A stretch of 64,000 nt of DNA from an uncultured Lentisphaerales bacterium (GTDB taxonomy: Bacteria > Verrucomicrobiota > Kiritimatiellia > RFP12 > JAAYLN01). Of this stretch, positions 38,730-46,676 are shown one piece after another; the stretch's first letter is position 1; every line of letters starts with the position of its first letter. A model generated the notes under the pieces. The model searched no databases. It worked only from the letters and a program-made list of their open reading frames with translations, and had not been told where the DNA came from. The stretch is taken from assembly GCA_964592855.1 (NCBI GenBank), contig CAZQKI010000002.1, positions 4,356 to 68,355 on the forward strand, in the 5' to 3' direction. A program made the position numbers and the translations under genes.

Positions 38730-40096
38730 AATCGAACATTCTCTGCATCGGAGCCGGCTATGTCGGCGGCCCCACGATGGCCATGCTGGCGGACAAGTGT
38801 CCGGATCGCAAAGTCACCGTTGTCGATATCAATGCCGACCGCATCGCGGCCTGGAATTCAGATCATCTGCCCATCTACGAACCCGGCCTGACCGAGGTCG
38901 TCAAGGCCTGCCGCAACCGCAATCTCTTCTTCTCCACCGACGTCGAGCGCGGTATCCGGGAATGCGACATCATCTTCGTCAGCGTGAACACGCCGACCAA
39001 GACCTTTGGCCAGGGGGCCGGCCACGCCGCCGACCTGCAGTACTGGGAGCAGACGGCCCGCCAGATCAAGCGCTGCGCCACACGCGACAAGATCGTGGTG
39101 GAGAAGAGCACGCTGCCGGTTCGCACGGCGGCGGCCATGATGCGCATTCTCCGTGCGGGGGATACGGACGTCCATTTCGAGGTCCTCTCCAACCCCGAAT
39201 TCCTGGCCGAGGGCACGGCGATCGCCGACTTGAACAATCCCGACCGCGTGCTGATCGGCGGCAACGACACGCCCGCCGGACGTGACGCGGTCGCCGAACT
39301 CGTTTCGCTCTATGCCGCCTGGGTTCCCCGCGAACGGATCTTGACGACGAATGTCTGGTCGAGCGAACTGTCCAAGCTGGCCGCCAATGCCTTCCTGGCG
39401 CAGCGCGTCAGTTCCATCAATGCCATCAGCGAAATCTGCGAGGCGACCGAGGCGGATGTCACCGAAGTGTCGCGCGCGGTCGGCATGGACTCGCGCATCG
39501 GCGGCAAGTTTCTGAAGGCGGGCGTCGGCTTTGGCGGGTCCTGCTTCAAAAAGGACATCCTGAACCTCGTCTACCTGTGCGAGAGCTATGGATTGAACGC
39601 GGCCGCCGATTATTGGCGTCAGGTTGTCGATTTCAACAACCATCAGCAGGAGCGCTTTGTGACCCGGATGCTCAAGGCCATGTTCAATACGGTCTCGGGC
39701 AAGCGCATCGCCCTGTTCGGCTTTGCCTTCAAGGCCGATACGGGGGATACGCGCGAGTCGCCCGCCATCCGGATCGCCAAACTCCTTGTGGAAGAGCGCG
39801 CCGTGGTCGTGGTCAACGACCCCCAGGCCCTGGACAACGCCAGACGGGATCTGGCGGCCTCCGCCGACTGCATCGTTTTCGAACCCGATCCCTACCGTGC
39901 CATCGAGGGGGCGGATGCGCTGGCCTTGCTGACGGATTGGCGCCTGTACCGCGAACTCGATTACGCGCGGATCTTCGCGTCCATGCGCAAGCCCGCCTTC
40001 ATCTTCGACGGACGCAATTTTCTCGATCATGAAGCGCTGTTCGCGCTGGGGTTCAATGTCTTTGCCGTCGGCAAGAGCCCGAAAACAAGCATCTAG
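38726..40096 (+). CDS. ugd: UDP-glucose 6-dehydrogenase
   Basis: ILCIGAGYVGGPT Rossmann motif, catalytic GFGGSCFKKD motif, UDPG-DH C-terminal domain. ATGA overlap with the upstream gene. Confidence 0.85.
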   Translation: MKSNILCIGAGYVGGPTMAMLADKCPDRKVTVVDINADRIAAWNSDHLPIYEPGLTEVVKACRNRNLFFSTDVERGIRECDIIFVSVNTPTKTFGQGAGHAADLQYWEQTARQIKRCATRDKIVVEKSTLPVRTAAAMMRILRAGDTDVHFEVLSNPEFLAEGTAIADLNNPDRVLIGGNDTPAGRDAVAELVSLYAAWVPRERILTTNVWSSELSKLAANAFLAQRVSSINAISEICEATEADVTEVSRAVGMDSRIGGKFLKAGVGFGGSCFKKDILNLVYLCESYGLNAAADYWRQVVDFNNHQQERFVTRMLKAMFNTVSGKRIALFGFAFKADTGDTRESPAIRIAKLLVEERAVVVVNDPQALDNARRDLAASADCIVFEPDPYRAIEGADALALLTDWRLYRELDYARIFASMRKPAFIFDGRNFLDHEALFALGFNVFAVGKSPKTSI

Positions 40097-40131
40097 CGGT
40101 CGTCGCACGACCTTCACAAAGGAAGCCATCC

Positions 40132-42258
40132 ATGCCCCTTTCTTATCTGCACGATCTGGATCACCCGGTGCCGCACCGGCTGGCGCCGGCGACCGTGGCC
40201 CTGGCGCGCGTTTATCTGGAGACGGATGCCATCCGCGCCACGCTGGTCCAGGCCATCCTGGACGTGCCGCCGCGTGGCGAACGCTCCCTCCACGAGCACT
40301 ACGCCGACAACGTCCGGCAGATCGCGGAACAGGCCCCGCTGCGGATCCGGTCCGACGAGCGGATCATTGGTGCCGCCACCTTTCTGGAGGCTCCCGGTCA
40401 TGCCTGCCCCGGCGGCTTGTACGGCGGCACCAGCCATACGACGCTCAACTTCGGCAAGGCCCTGCAACTGGGGCTTGCCGGGATTGAGGCGGAGATCCAT
40501 GCCGTGCAGCACACCCGCCGACTCGATGCGGATGAGACCGGTTACCTGAAGGGATCCCTGGGCTGCATCGCGGCCATGCGGATCTGGCGGGATCGCTATC
40601 TGCAGGCCCTTCCTGGCAGCGGGCCGCATGCCGAAGCCCTGCTCAAAATCCTGCAGCAGGTCCCCGAACAACCGGCGCGGCATTTTGCAGAGGCGGTCCA
40701 GTCGCTCTGGTTCTTCTTCGAATTTCAGCGCCTGTGCGGAAACTGGTCGGGGCTCGGACGGGTGGACGCCTTGCTCGGGCCGTATCTAGAAGCCGACCTG
40801 GCGGCGGGCGTCGTGACGCAGGATGAAGCCCGCGATTATCTGGCCCATTTCTGGATCAAGGGGACCGAATGGAAGGGCGTCATGCAGGGCTCCGGCGACG
40901 CTCAGCACTATCAGAACGTCATCCTCGGCGGGATCGATGCGACAGGGCGCGACATTTCAAATACGGTGACCGAACTCGTGCTGGATGTCGTCGAAGAACT
41001 TCACATCAGCGACTATCCCATCGCGGTACGTGTGAACGATCAGACCACCGAGGCGATGTGGCGGCGGATCGCCGCGATTCAACGGCAGGGTGGGGGAATC
41101 GTTTCGATCTACAACGAGCCCATCGTCCTGGAGGCGCTGCAGCGCTTCGGCTACCCCGCCGACGAGGCGGCCGGCTTCACCAACGACGGCTGCTGGGAGG
41201 TCATCATCCCCGGCAAGACGGCCTTCACCTACTGGCCCTTCGATGCGCTGCAGATCCTGCAGCGGACGCTGGGGCTGGTCCCCGGTCAGCCCCCGGGGAA
41301 CCCCGCGACGTTTGAGACGCTGTATGACGATTTCAAGCTGGGACTGGGCGAGGTCATCGAGCAGCAGAACCGGCTGATCCCCGGCTATTTCCGCGATGAA
41401 TTCCGGGAGTCGCGCTGCCGCAATGCCAAGGCCACCCCGCAGCCGACAACGCTCCTCTCGCTCCTGATGGACGACTGCATCCCGCGCGCCCGCAGCTACA
41501 ACAACCGCGGGGCCAAATACGCGGTGGCGGCCGTCCATGCCGGCGGGCTTCCCGATGTCGTCAACAGCCTGCTGGCGATCAAGCGTTTCGTCTACGACGA
41601 GCGCCGGCTCACGCTCGACGAATTGCGCGCCTGCCTCATGAACGACTGGCAGGGGGCGGAGCCGTTGCGCCAGGAGATTGCAGCCTCGGGCATCGGGTAT
41701 GGCAATGACGACGATGCCGCCGACGCGATGATGCAGCGGGTGTTCGACGACTATTGCGCCATCGTCGGCGAGTCCCGCGAGGTTGACGGCGTGCTGCGTC
41801 CGGCAGGCATCAGCACCTTCGGACGCGAACTGGCCTACGCCCCCGGCCGGACCGCGACGGCGTTCGGCTTCCGCAAAGGCGTCATCCTCGCCCCCAACCT
41901 GGCGCCGACCCCGGGAACCGACCGTAACGGGCCGACGGCCGTGGTCAAGTCCTTCTGCAAGAACGATTTTCGCAAACTGCCGAACGGGTGTCCGCTCGAC
42001 CTCAAATTTCATGCAGGTTCGGTCTCGGGCGAGCAGGGGCTCGAGGCGTTGGCGGCCTTGCTCAAGACCTTTGTCGCCTGCGGCGGCTACTATCTGCAAG
42101 TGGATGTCGCGGACGCCGCGATGCTCCGGGATGCGCAGCAGCACCCCGAGCGCTACCCCAATCTCTCCGTCCGCATTTCAGGCTGGTCCGCCCGCTTCAC
42201 GACGCTGGCTGCCGACTGGCAGGAGATGGTCATCCGGCGCACGGAGCAGCGCTTCTAG
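40132..42258 (+). CDS. Glycyl radical enzyme family protein (PFL-like fold)
   Basis: C-terminal glycine-radical-like motif NLSVRISGWSARFTTLAADWQEMVIRRTEQRF (compare PFL RVSGYAVRF...VITRTF). 708 aa. Confidence 0.6.
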   Translation: MPLSYLHDLDHPVPHRLAPATVALARVYLETDAIRATLVQAILDVPPRGERSLHEHYADNVRQIAEQAPLRIRSDERIIGAATFLEAPGHACPGGLYGGTSHTTLNFGKALQLGLAGIEAEIHAVQHTRRLDADETGYLKGSLGCIAAMRIWRDRYLQALPGSGPHAEALLKILQQVPEQPARHFAEAVQSLWFFFEFQRLCGNWSGLGRVDALLGPYLEADLAAGVVTQDEARDYLAHFWIKGTEWKGVMQGSGDAQHYQNVILGGIDATGRDISNTVTELVLDVVEELHISDYPIAVRVNDQTTEAMWRRIAAIQRQGGGIVSIYNEPIVLEALQRFGYPADEAAGFTNDGCWEVIIPGKTAFTYWPFDALQILQRTLGLVPGQPPGNPATFETLYDDFKLGLGEVIEQQNRLIPGYFRDEFRESRCRNAKATPQPTTLLSLLMDDCIPRARSYNNRGAKYAVAAVHAGGLPDVVNSLLAIKRFVYDERRLTLDELRACLMNDWQGAEPLRQEIAASGIGYGNDDDAADAMMQRVFDDYCAIVGESREVDGVLRPAGISTFGRELAYAPGRTATAFGFRKGVILAPNLAPTPGTDRNGPTAVVKSFCKNDFRKLPNGCPLDLKFHAGSVSGEQGLEALAALLKTFVACGGYYLQVDVADAAMLRDAQQHPERYPNLSVRISGWSARFTTLAADWQEMVIRRTEQRF

Positions 42259-42272
42259 GCTCACGTCCGACA

Positions 42273-43394
42273 TCAGCGGATCTTGATCAGGATCACGAAC
42301 AGCGCCGGGGTCAGGAAAGCCTGCACGAGGACAAAGCGCAGCAGCACCTCGGTATTCGACCAGTGCATGTTCTTCCGGCAGTGGTCGTGCAGCGGGAAAC
42401 GGTAGCGGTGGAGGGCGCGGACCAGCACATGCTGCTGGGCGGCCGCCTCGGGGGTGAGTTTGCTGGGTGGCGTCGTGTCGAACCCGATCCACTTGAGGAA
42501 CCGGAGCAGAGCCACCTTCAACATGCCGGTGCCGCCGTTGACCAGCACGACCGGTGCCACGACGATGACGAGAAAGGGGTTGCCTGCCACCAGTACGGCG
42601 ATGCCCACGAGCAGGCCGAGCATGCGCGAGCCCGCATCACCCATCAGGACACGGCTGGGTTCGGCATTGTGCCACAGATATCCCGCGAGGCCGCCGGCCA
42701 CTGTGGCCGTGAGAATCGCCCAGCGCGCGCTGTCGGCATAGTGCGGAATCAGCAGGTATCGCGCGATGGGTTGATAACCGACGACGCCGTAAAGCAGCGC
42801 CGCCAGCGAGAAGAGCGAAATCAGCGTGAGCGAACCGGCCAGACCATCCACGCCATCGCTGCAGTTCGTCGCGTTCATCGTGAACCAGAGCAGGGCGGCG
42901 GCGCCGGGAATGTAGAGCCAGGGGCTGACTGTCAGCGAGGTCTTGACGAAGGGCATCCAGAGCGTCATCGGTTCGCCTTGGCACAGGCAGAAGGCGGCGA
43001 TGAGCGCCACCACGCCATCCAGCAGCCCCTTCTTGAGTTCGCCCCAGGGCCGCTTGCTGGAGTCGTCGAGATAGCCGCAATACATGGCGAGGTAGAGGCA
43101 GATGATAACGCCCCAGATACTGGGATTGGGCGGTACGACGAGGAGGATCACCGGGAGGATCAGCAGGCTGATCCAATACCCCGCGCCCGTGGGTTTGCCT
43201 TCCGACCGGACGCCTCCGTCGGCGGCCAGCTTCTTCCCCTTGTCCCGGGGCAGGCGACACCACAGCCTGGGAAGTCGGCTCCAGACCAGCAGGCCGCTCA
43301 GCAGGGTGCCCATGGCAATCAACATCAAATGCGAATTGAGAAGCCGGAGGGGACCCCAGAGGTCGCCGAACCATTTGCCAATTAGAAAGAGCAT
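42273..43394 (-). CDS. Glycosyltransferase family 4 phospho-sugar transferase (MraY/WecA family)
   Basis: Polytopic. YLDDSSKRPWG and MNATNCSDGVDGLAGS motifs characteristic of MraY/WecA. Start at MLFLIGKWF (43394), trimming the 40-codon extension of the listed ORF. Confidence 0.65.
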   Translation of the reverse strand: MLFLIGKWFGDLWGPLRLLNSHLMLIAMGTLLSGLLVWSRLPRLWCRLPRDKGKKLAADGGVRSEGKPTGAGYWISLLILPVILLVVPPNPSIWGVIICLYLAMYCGYLDDSSKRPWGELKKGLLDGVVALIAAFCLCQGEPMTLWMPFVKTSLTVSPWLYIPGAAALLWFTMNATNCSDGVDGLAGSLTLISLFSLAALLYGVVGYQPIARYLLIPHYADSARWAILTATVAGGLAGYLWHNAEPSRVLMGDAGSRMLGLLVGIAVLVAGNPFLVIVVAPVVLVNGGTGMLKVALLRFLKWIGFDTTPPSKLTPEAAAQQHVLVRALHRYRFPLHDHCRKNMHWSNTEVLLRFVLVQAFLTPALFVILIKIR

Positions 43395-43423
43395 GAGCGA
43401 AAATCCCTTCAAGTGTGAAAACG

Positions 43424-43690
43424 CTAAATAAGAATACGGACGCCTTCGACCGTGCGCAAGGCCTGGTCCAGGCGGAGATGGTCGGCACGATTGAGCAGAC
43501 GCACCGAGACGCACAGCGATTGATAGCGGCCCTGTTGCGAAACTTGTCCCGGCGCGAGCGGGGCGACCACGTCGAAAACCCGGAGCACCTGTTCGAGGCC
43601 CGCCTGGGCCGGGCTCCCGGCAAGGACGATGATCCGGAAATGGTGCTCCGCCGGATAGACCTGGGTCTCTTCGATCGGGAACGAATTCAT
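43424..43690 (-). CDS. YbeD-like UPF0250 (DUF493) family protein
   Basis: FPIEETQVYPAEHHFRIIVLAG...QGRYQSLCVSVRL...VEGVRILI resembles E. coli YbeD (FPTPFTYKVMG...KGNYHSVSITI...IDIVRMVL). Confidence 0.5.
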   Translation of the reverse strand: MNSFPIEETQVYPAEHHFRIIVLAGSPAQAGLEQVLRVFDVVAPLAPGQVSQQGRYQSLCVSVRLLNRADHLRLDQALRTVEGVRILI

Positions 43691-43702
43691 AGCGACTCCC
43701 CC

Positions 43703-45001
43703 TCAGGTCTGGAAGCGAATCGTCCCCGAACGCGCATGGGCATCAAGGCCTTCGATGGCGCCAAAGGTCTCAATGATGCTCAGCGCGTCCTTCAGATCAT
43801 TGCGGGCATACTCGATGAGGCTGGTGCGTCGGCGGAAATCCTCGACGGTCAGTCCCGAGAAGCAGCGCGCGGAACCGCCGGTGGGGAGGACATGGCTGGG
43901 GCCGGCGGCAAAATCGCCGGCCGACTCGGGTGTCCAGTGGCCCACGAAAATTGCGCCTGCGGCGGTGAGCATGGGGAGGAAGCGGCGGGGGCGCACAACC
44001 ATCAGCTCCAGATGCTCCGGCGCGAAGCGATTGCACAGGTCGGCCCCTTGCTCCAGCGTCGGCGCCACGACCAGCAGCAGTGCCTTGTCCAGCATGGGCA
44101 CGATGCGATCCGCCCGGCTCAGATTCGGCAGCTGCCAGGCGAGCTGGTCGCTGACGCTCTGCGCCAGCTCGGCGCTGTCCGTCACCAGCAGCGCCTTCTC
44201 ATGTCCGGTTCCATGCTCGAGCTGCGAGAGAAGATCGGCGGCGACCCAGGCGGGCTTGGCCGTCTTGTCGGCCAAAATGGCAATTTCGCTCGGGCCGGCG
44301 ACAAGGTCCAGGGCCACATGGCCATAGACCTGGCGCTTGGCGGCGGTGACGAAGGCCCCCCCCGGGCCGACGATCTTCTGAACGGGGCGGACGGACTGAG
44401 TGCCGAAGGCCATCATGCCGATGGCCTGGATGCCGCCGACGCGATAGACCTCGGTCGCGCCGGCAAGCTTGAGCGCATGGAGCAGAACGGGATCCACGAC
44501 CTTGTTTTTGCCGCACGGGGTGCAGGCGACGATCTCCCGGACGCCTGCGACCTTGGCCAGGGTCGCGGTCATGATGGCGGTGGAGGCGAGCGGGGCGGCA
44601 CCGCCGGGAATATAGACCCCGACGCGGTCCAGCGGCAGAAAGCGCTCGCCGAGCTTGCCGCCGTGAAGGGTGGTGATCTGCCAGTCCTTGCGGAGTCCGG
44701 CCTTGGCGAACTTGGCGACCCGGCGATGCGCCTCCCGCACGGCATGGCGGACGCTGGCCGTGACGCCCTTCGATGCGGCTTCGAGCTGGGCGTCGGTAAA
44801 CAGCATCTCGGAAGGCTTCAGGGCCACGCCGTCGAAACGTTCCGCCGCGGCGACGACCGCGAGGTCGCCGCGGGCGCGGATGTCGGCAAGCACGGTGGCG
44901 GCGGCAGTCTCGGCGACGGGATCGAAGGCGGGACGCTGCAGAAACGCGTCGATTTCCGCGGTCGATTTCCGGTTCGACCAAAAAGCTATGGGGACAGGCA
45001 T
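43703..45001 (-). CDS. hisD: Histidinol dehydrogenase
   Basis: Full-length HisD pattern (GPGGAFVTAAKRQVYGHVALDLVAGPSEIAILAD, SQLEHG, HLELMV). Confidence 0.85.
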   Translation of the reverse strand: MPVPIAFWSNRKSTAEIDAFLQRPAFDPVAETAAATVLADIRARGDLAVVAAAERFDGVALKPSEMLFTDAQLEAASKGVTASVRHAVREAHRRVAKFAKAGLRKDWQITTLHGGKLGERFLPLDRVGVYIPGGAAPLASTAIMTATLAKVAGVREIVACTPCGKNKVVDPVLLHALKLAGATEVYRVGGIQAIGMMAFGTQSVRPVQKIVGPGGAFVTAAKRQVYGHVALDLVAGPSEIAILADKTAKPAWVAADLLSQLEHGTGHEKALLVTDSAELAQSVSDQLAWQLPNLSRADRIVPMLDKALLLVVAPTLEQGADLCNRFAPEHLELMVVRPRRFLPMLTAAGAIFVGHWTPESAGDFAAGPSHVLPTGGSARCFSGLTVEDFRRRTSLIEYARNDLKDALSIIETFGAIEGLDAHARSGTIRFQT

Positions 45002-45284
45002 GGCAGTTCTCTAAAAAGATGTGGGTAAGCGGGACTCGATCCCCGACCTCTGGTTGATTTCTGAAGCAGTGGTGAAAATGGCTTTCAAGCTGATGAAAAC
45101 GGCATCTAGCTACTCTGTTCGAGCGACCGTGAGCAGGGGTTTGCCGAGCCAAGCGAACAGGTGAATTTTATCAATTTATCACTTCGCTGGCAAGGATGCG
45201 ACAGGATACAATTGACCTTGAACGGTCCGATACGTCCCGCTCCACCGCTCGCGCCCGGATCGATGCGTCCGCACAAGCTTCGGC

Positions 45285-45530
45285 GGACGCTTACGGCGAC
45301 GCTTACGGTCGACGACAAGACGGTGCTTCTCGTAATCCGTAAGCGTCGCCGAACGCGTCATCCGGGTCCCACGGCAGTTACCCGATTCTTTGTCTCGATC
45401 TTTGTCTCGATCTTCGTCGATCTGAAGCTATGTCCCGATCCTCGTCCCGATCTTTGTCGGTCGACAATGATCGGAACAAGGATCAAGACAAGGATCAGGA
45501 CAACGATCCGGAGCCCCGATACTGACCGAG
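45285..45530. repeat. Repeat-rich leader region upstream of hisD (direct and inverted repeats)
   Basis: gacgcttacgg x2 with inverted copy ccgtaagcgtcgcc (45290..45355). ctttgtctcgat x2 plus gtcccgatc repeats, mirrored by gatcaagacaaggatcaggacaa (45385..45510). Confidence 0.6.
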
Positions 45531-45598
45531 AAAGGGCCGAACGACGGTGTACAGGGTAGGCTCGCAAGCTCGCCCCCATGACGCCGGAGCGTTATCCG

Positions 45599-45720
45599 TC
45601 TCGCGCAAAGGTGATCTGGACTCGGCGGTCCTCCGCCGTAGAGAAATCCCACTTGATCCAACTGGCGGCCGCCGGCCGCCAGAGGCCCCACTGAACGCTG
45701 AACCCTGTCCCCTGAACCCT
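45599..45720. repeat. REP-like composite element (same family as 9262..9760)
   Basis: cgcgcaaagg...ggactcggcggtcctccgccgtagagaaat followed by gatccaactggcggccgccggccgccagaggccccactgaacgctgaaccct. Both modules adjacent here, separated by ~300 bp at the first locus. Confidence 0.7.
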
Positions 45721-45791
45721 CGGTGCACGGCAACGCAGTTGACGCGCATCCGATGGATGCGGGCCCGGTCGGGTGGTGCGCCGCACGCCGA

Positions 45792-46676
45792 TCAGGGTTT
45801 GCTCAGCAGGTCTTCGAAAGGGCGGAGGACGGCGCTGGCGTAGTCGCCGGCGTAGGTCCCGTCCAGAAAGCGCGGGTAGGCTTCGTCGTGAAACCGCTGC
45901 CACGAGGCCGCTTCGTCGCCGGGCAGGATCGGATAGAAATGCACGCCGCAGGTTCGGGCAGCCTCACGGTCGCCAATGGCGTCGCCGATCATCAGCACGC
46001 CCGTGGCCGGATAGCGCCCGCCGTTGGCCAGTTGCAACTGCTGGGTCTTGCTGCCCTGTTCCTGTCCGGCCATGCAGGGCACGAGGCGGTCGATGCCGTG
46101 CTGCTGCCACTCGCGCCGGAGCGCGGCTTCGGGGGTCTGGGAGATCACCACCCGGTCGCTTTTCGTTGCCAGCAGCTCCAGGCTGCGCCGGACCCAGGCG
46201 AAGAGGGGGACAGGCTCCATGCGGGTGTCGATGTCGTGGCTGAGCGCCCGGCTCCAGGCGAGGACATGGATCAACTCGGTATCCTGCGTCCGTTCGACCT
46301 CCGCGGCCAGCGTGGCGTCGCCGAGCGTCTGCATGGAGTCGCAGTAGCGCCGCAGCGCGGCGAAGTCCGGCAGGGCGATCCCGCTTTGCCGGATGGCCGG
46401 TTCGCGCGCCAGCGCTTCAAAGAGCCGGACGAGGTTGGGAAACCGGTTGCTTCCACGGGTGCGAGAAAAGAGATTGATGTGCTCGATATGCCTGAGCACG
46501 AGATCGGCGATGGCCTCCAGTCCCCACCAGCGGATGATGAGCGGGGCGAAGTGATTGCGCTGCTTGATCCCCATGGTGTCGAAGACGCAGCCATCCGAAT
46601 CAATGCCGACAAGTGTCTCGTGCTGTTTCGGGGGCGGAGCGAAGCCATCGGCCGGTTGGATTGAGGAGGGGGTCAT
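45792..46676 (-). CDS. HAD superfamily hydrolase
   Basis: HAD motif I GIDSDGCVFDT near the N-terminus, motif IV-like MIGDAIGD near the C-terminus. Confidence 0.6.
   Translation of the reverse strand: MTPSSIQPADGFAPPPKQHETLVGIDSDGCVFDTMGIKQRNHFAPLIIRWWGLEAIADLVLRHIEHINLFSRTRGSNRFPNLVRLFEALAREPAIRQSGIALPDFAALRRYCDSMQTLGDATLAAEVERTQDTELIHVLAWSRALSHDIDTRMEPVPLFAWVRRSLELLATKSDRVVISQTPEAALRREWQQHGIDRLVPCMAGQEQGSKTQQLQLANGGRYPATGVLMIGDAIGDREAARTCGVHFYPILPGDEAASWQRFHDEAYPRFLDGTYAGDYASAVLRPFEDLLSKP

Noticed and set aside
45017-45100. Possible tRNA or tmRNA 3' end (GGTCGGGGATCGAGTCCCGC on the minus strand)
   Set aside because: A proper 5-bp T-stem / 7-nt loop and acceptor stem could not be built. It is likely just part of the hisD leader.
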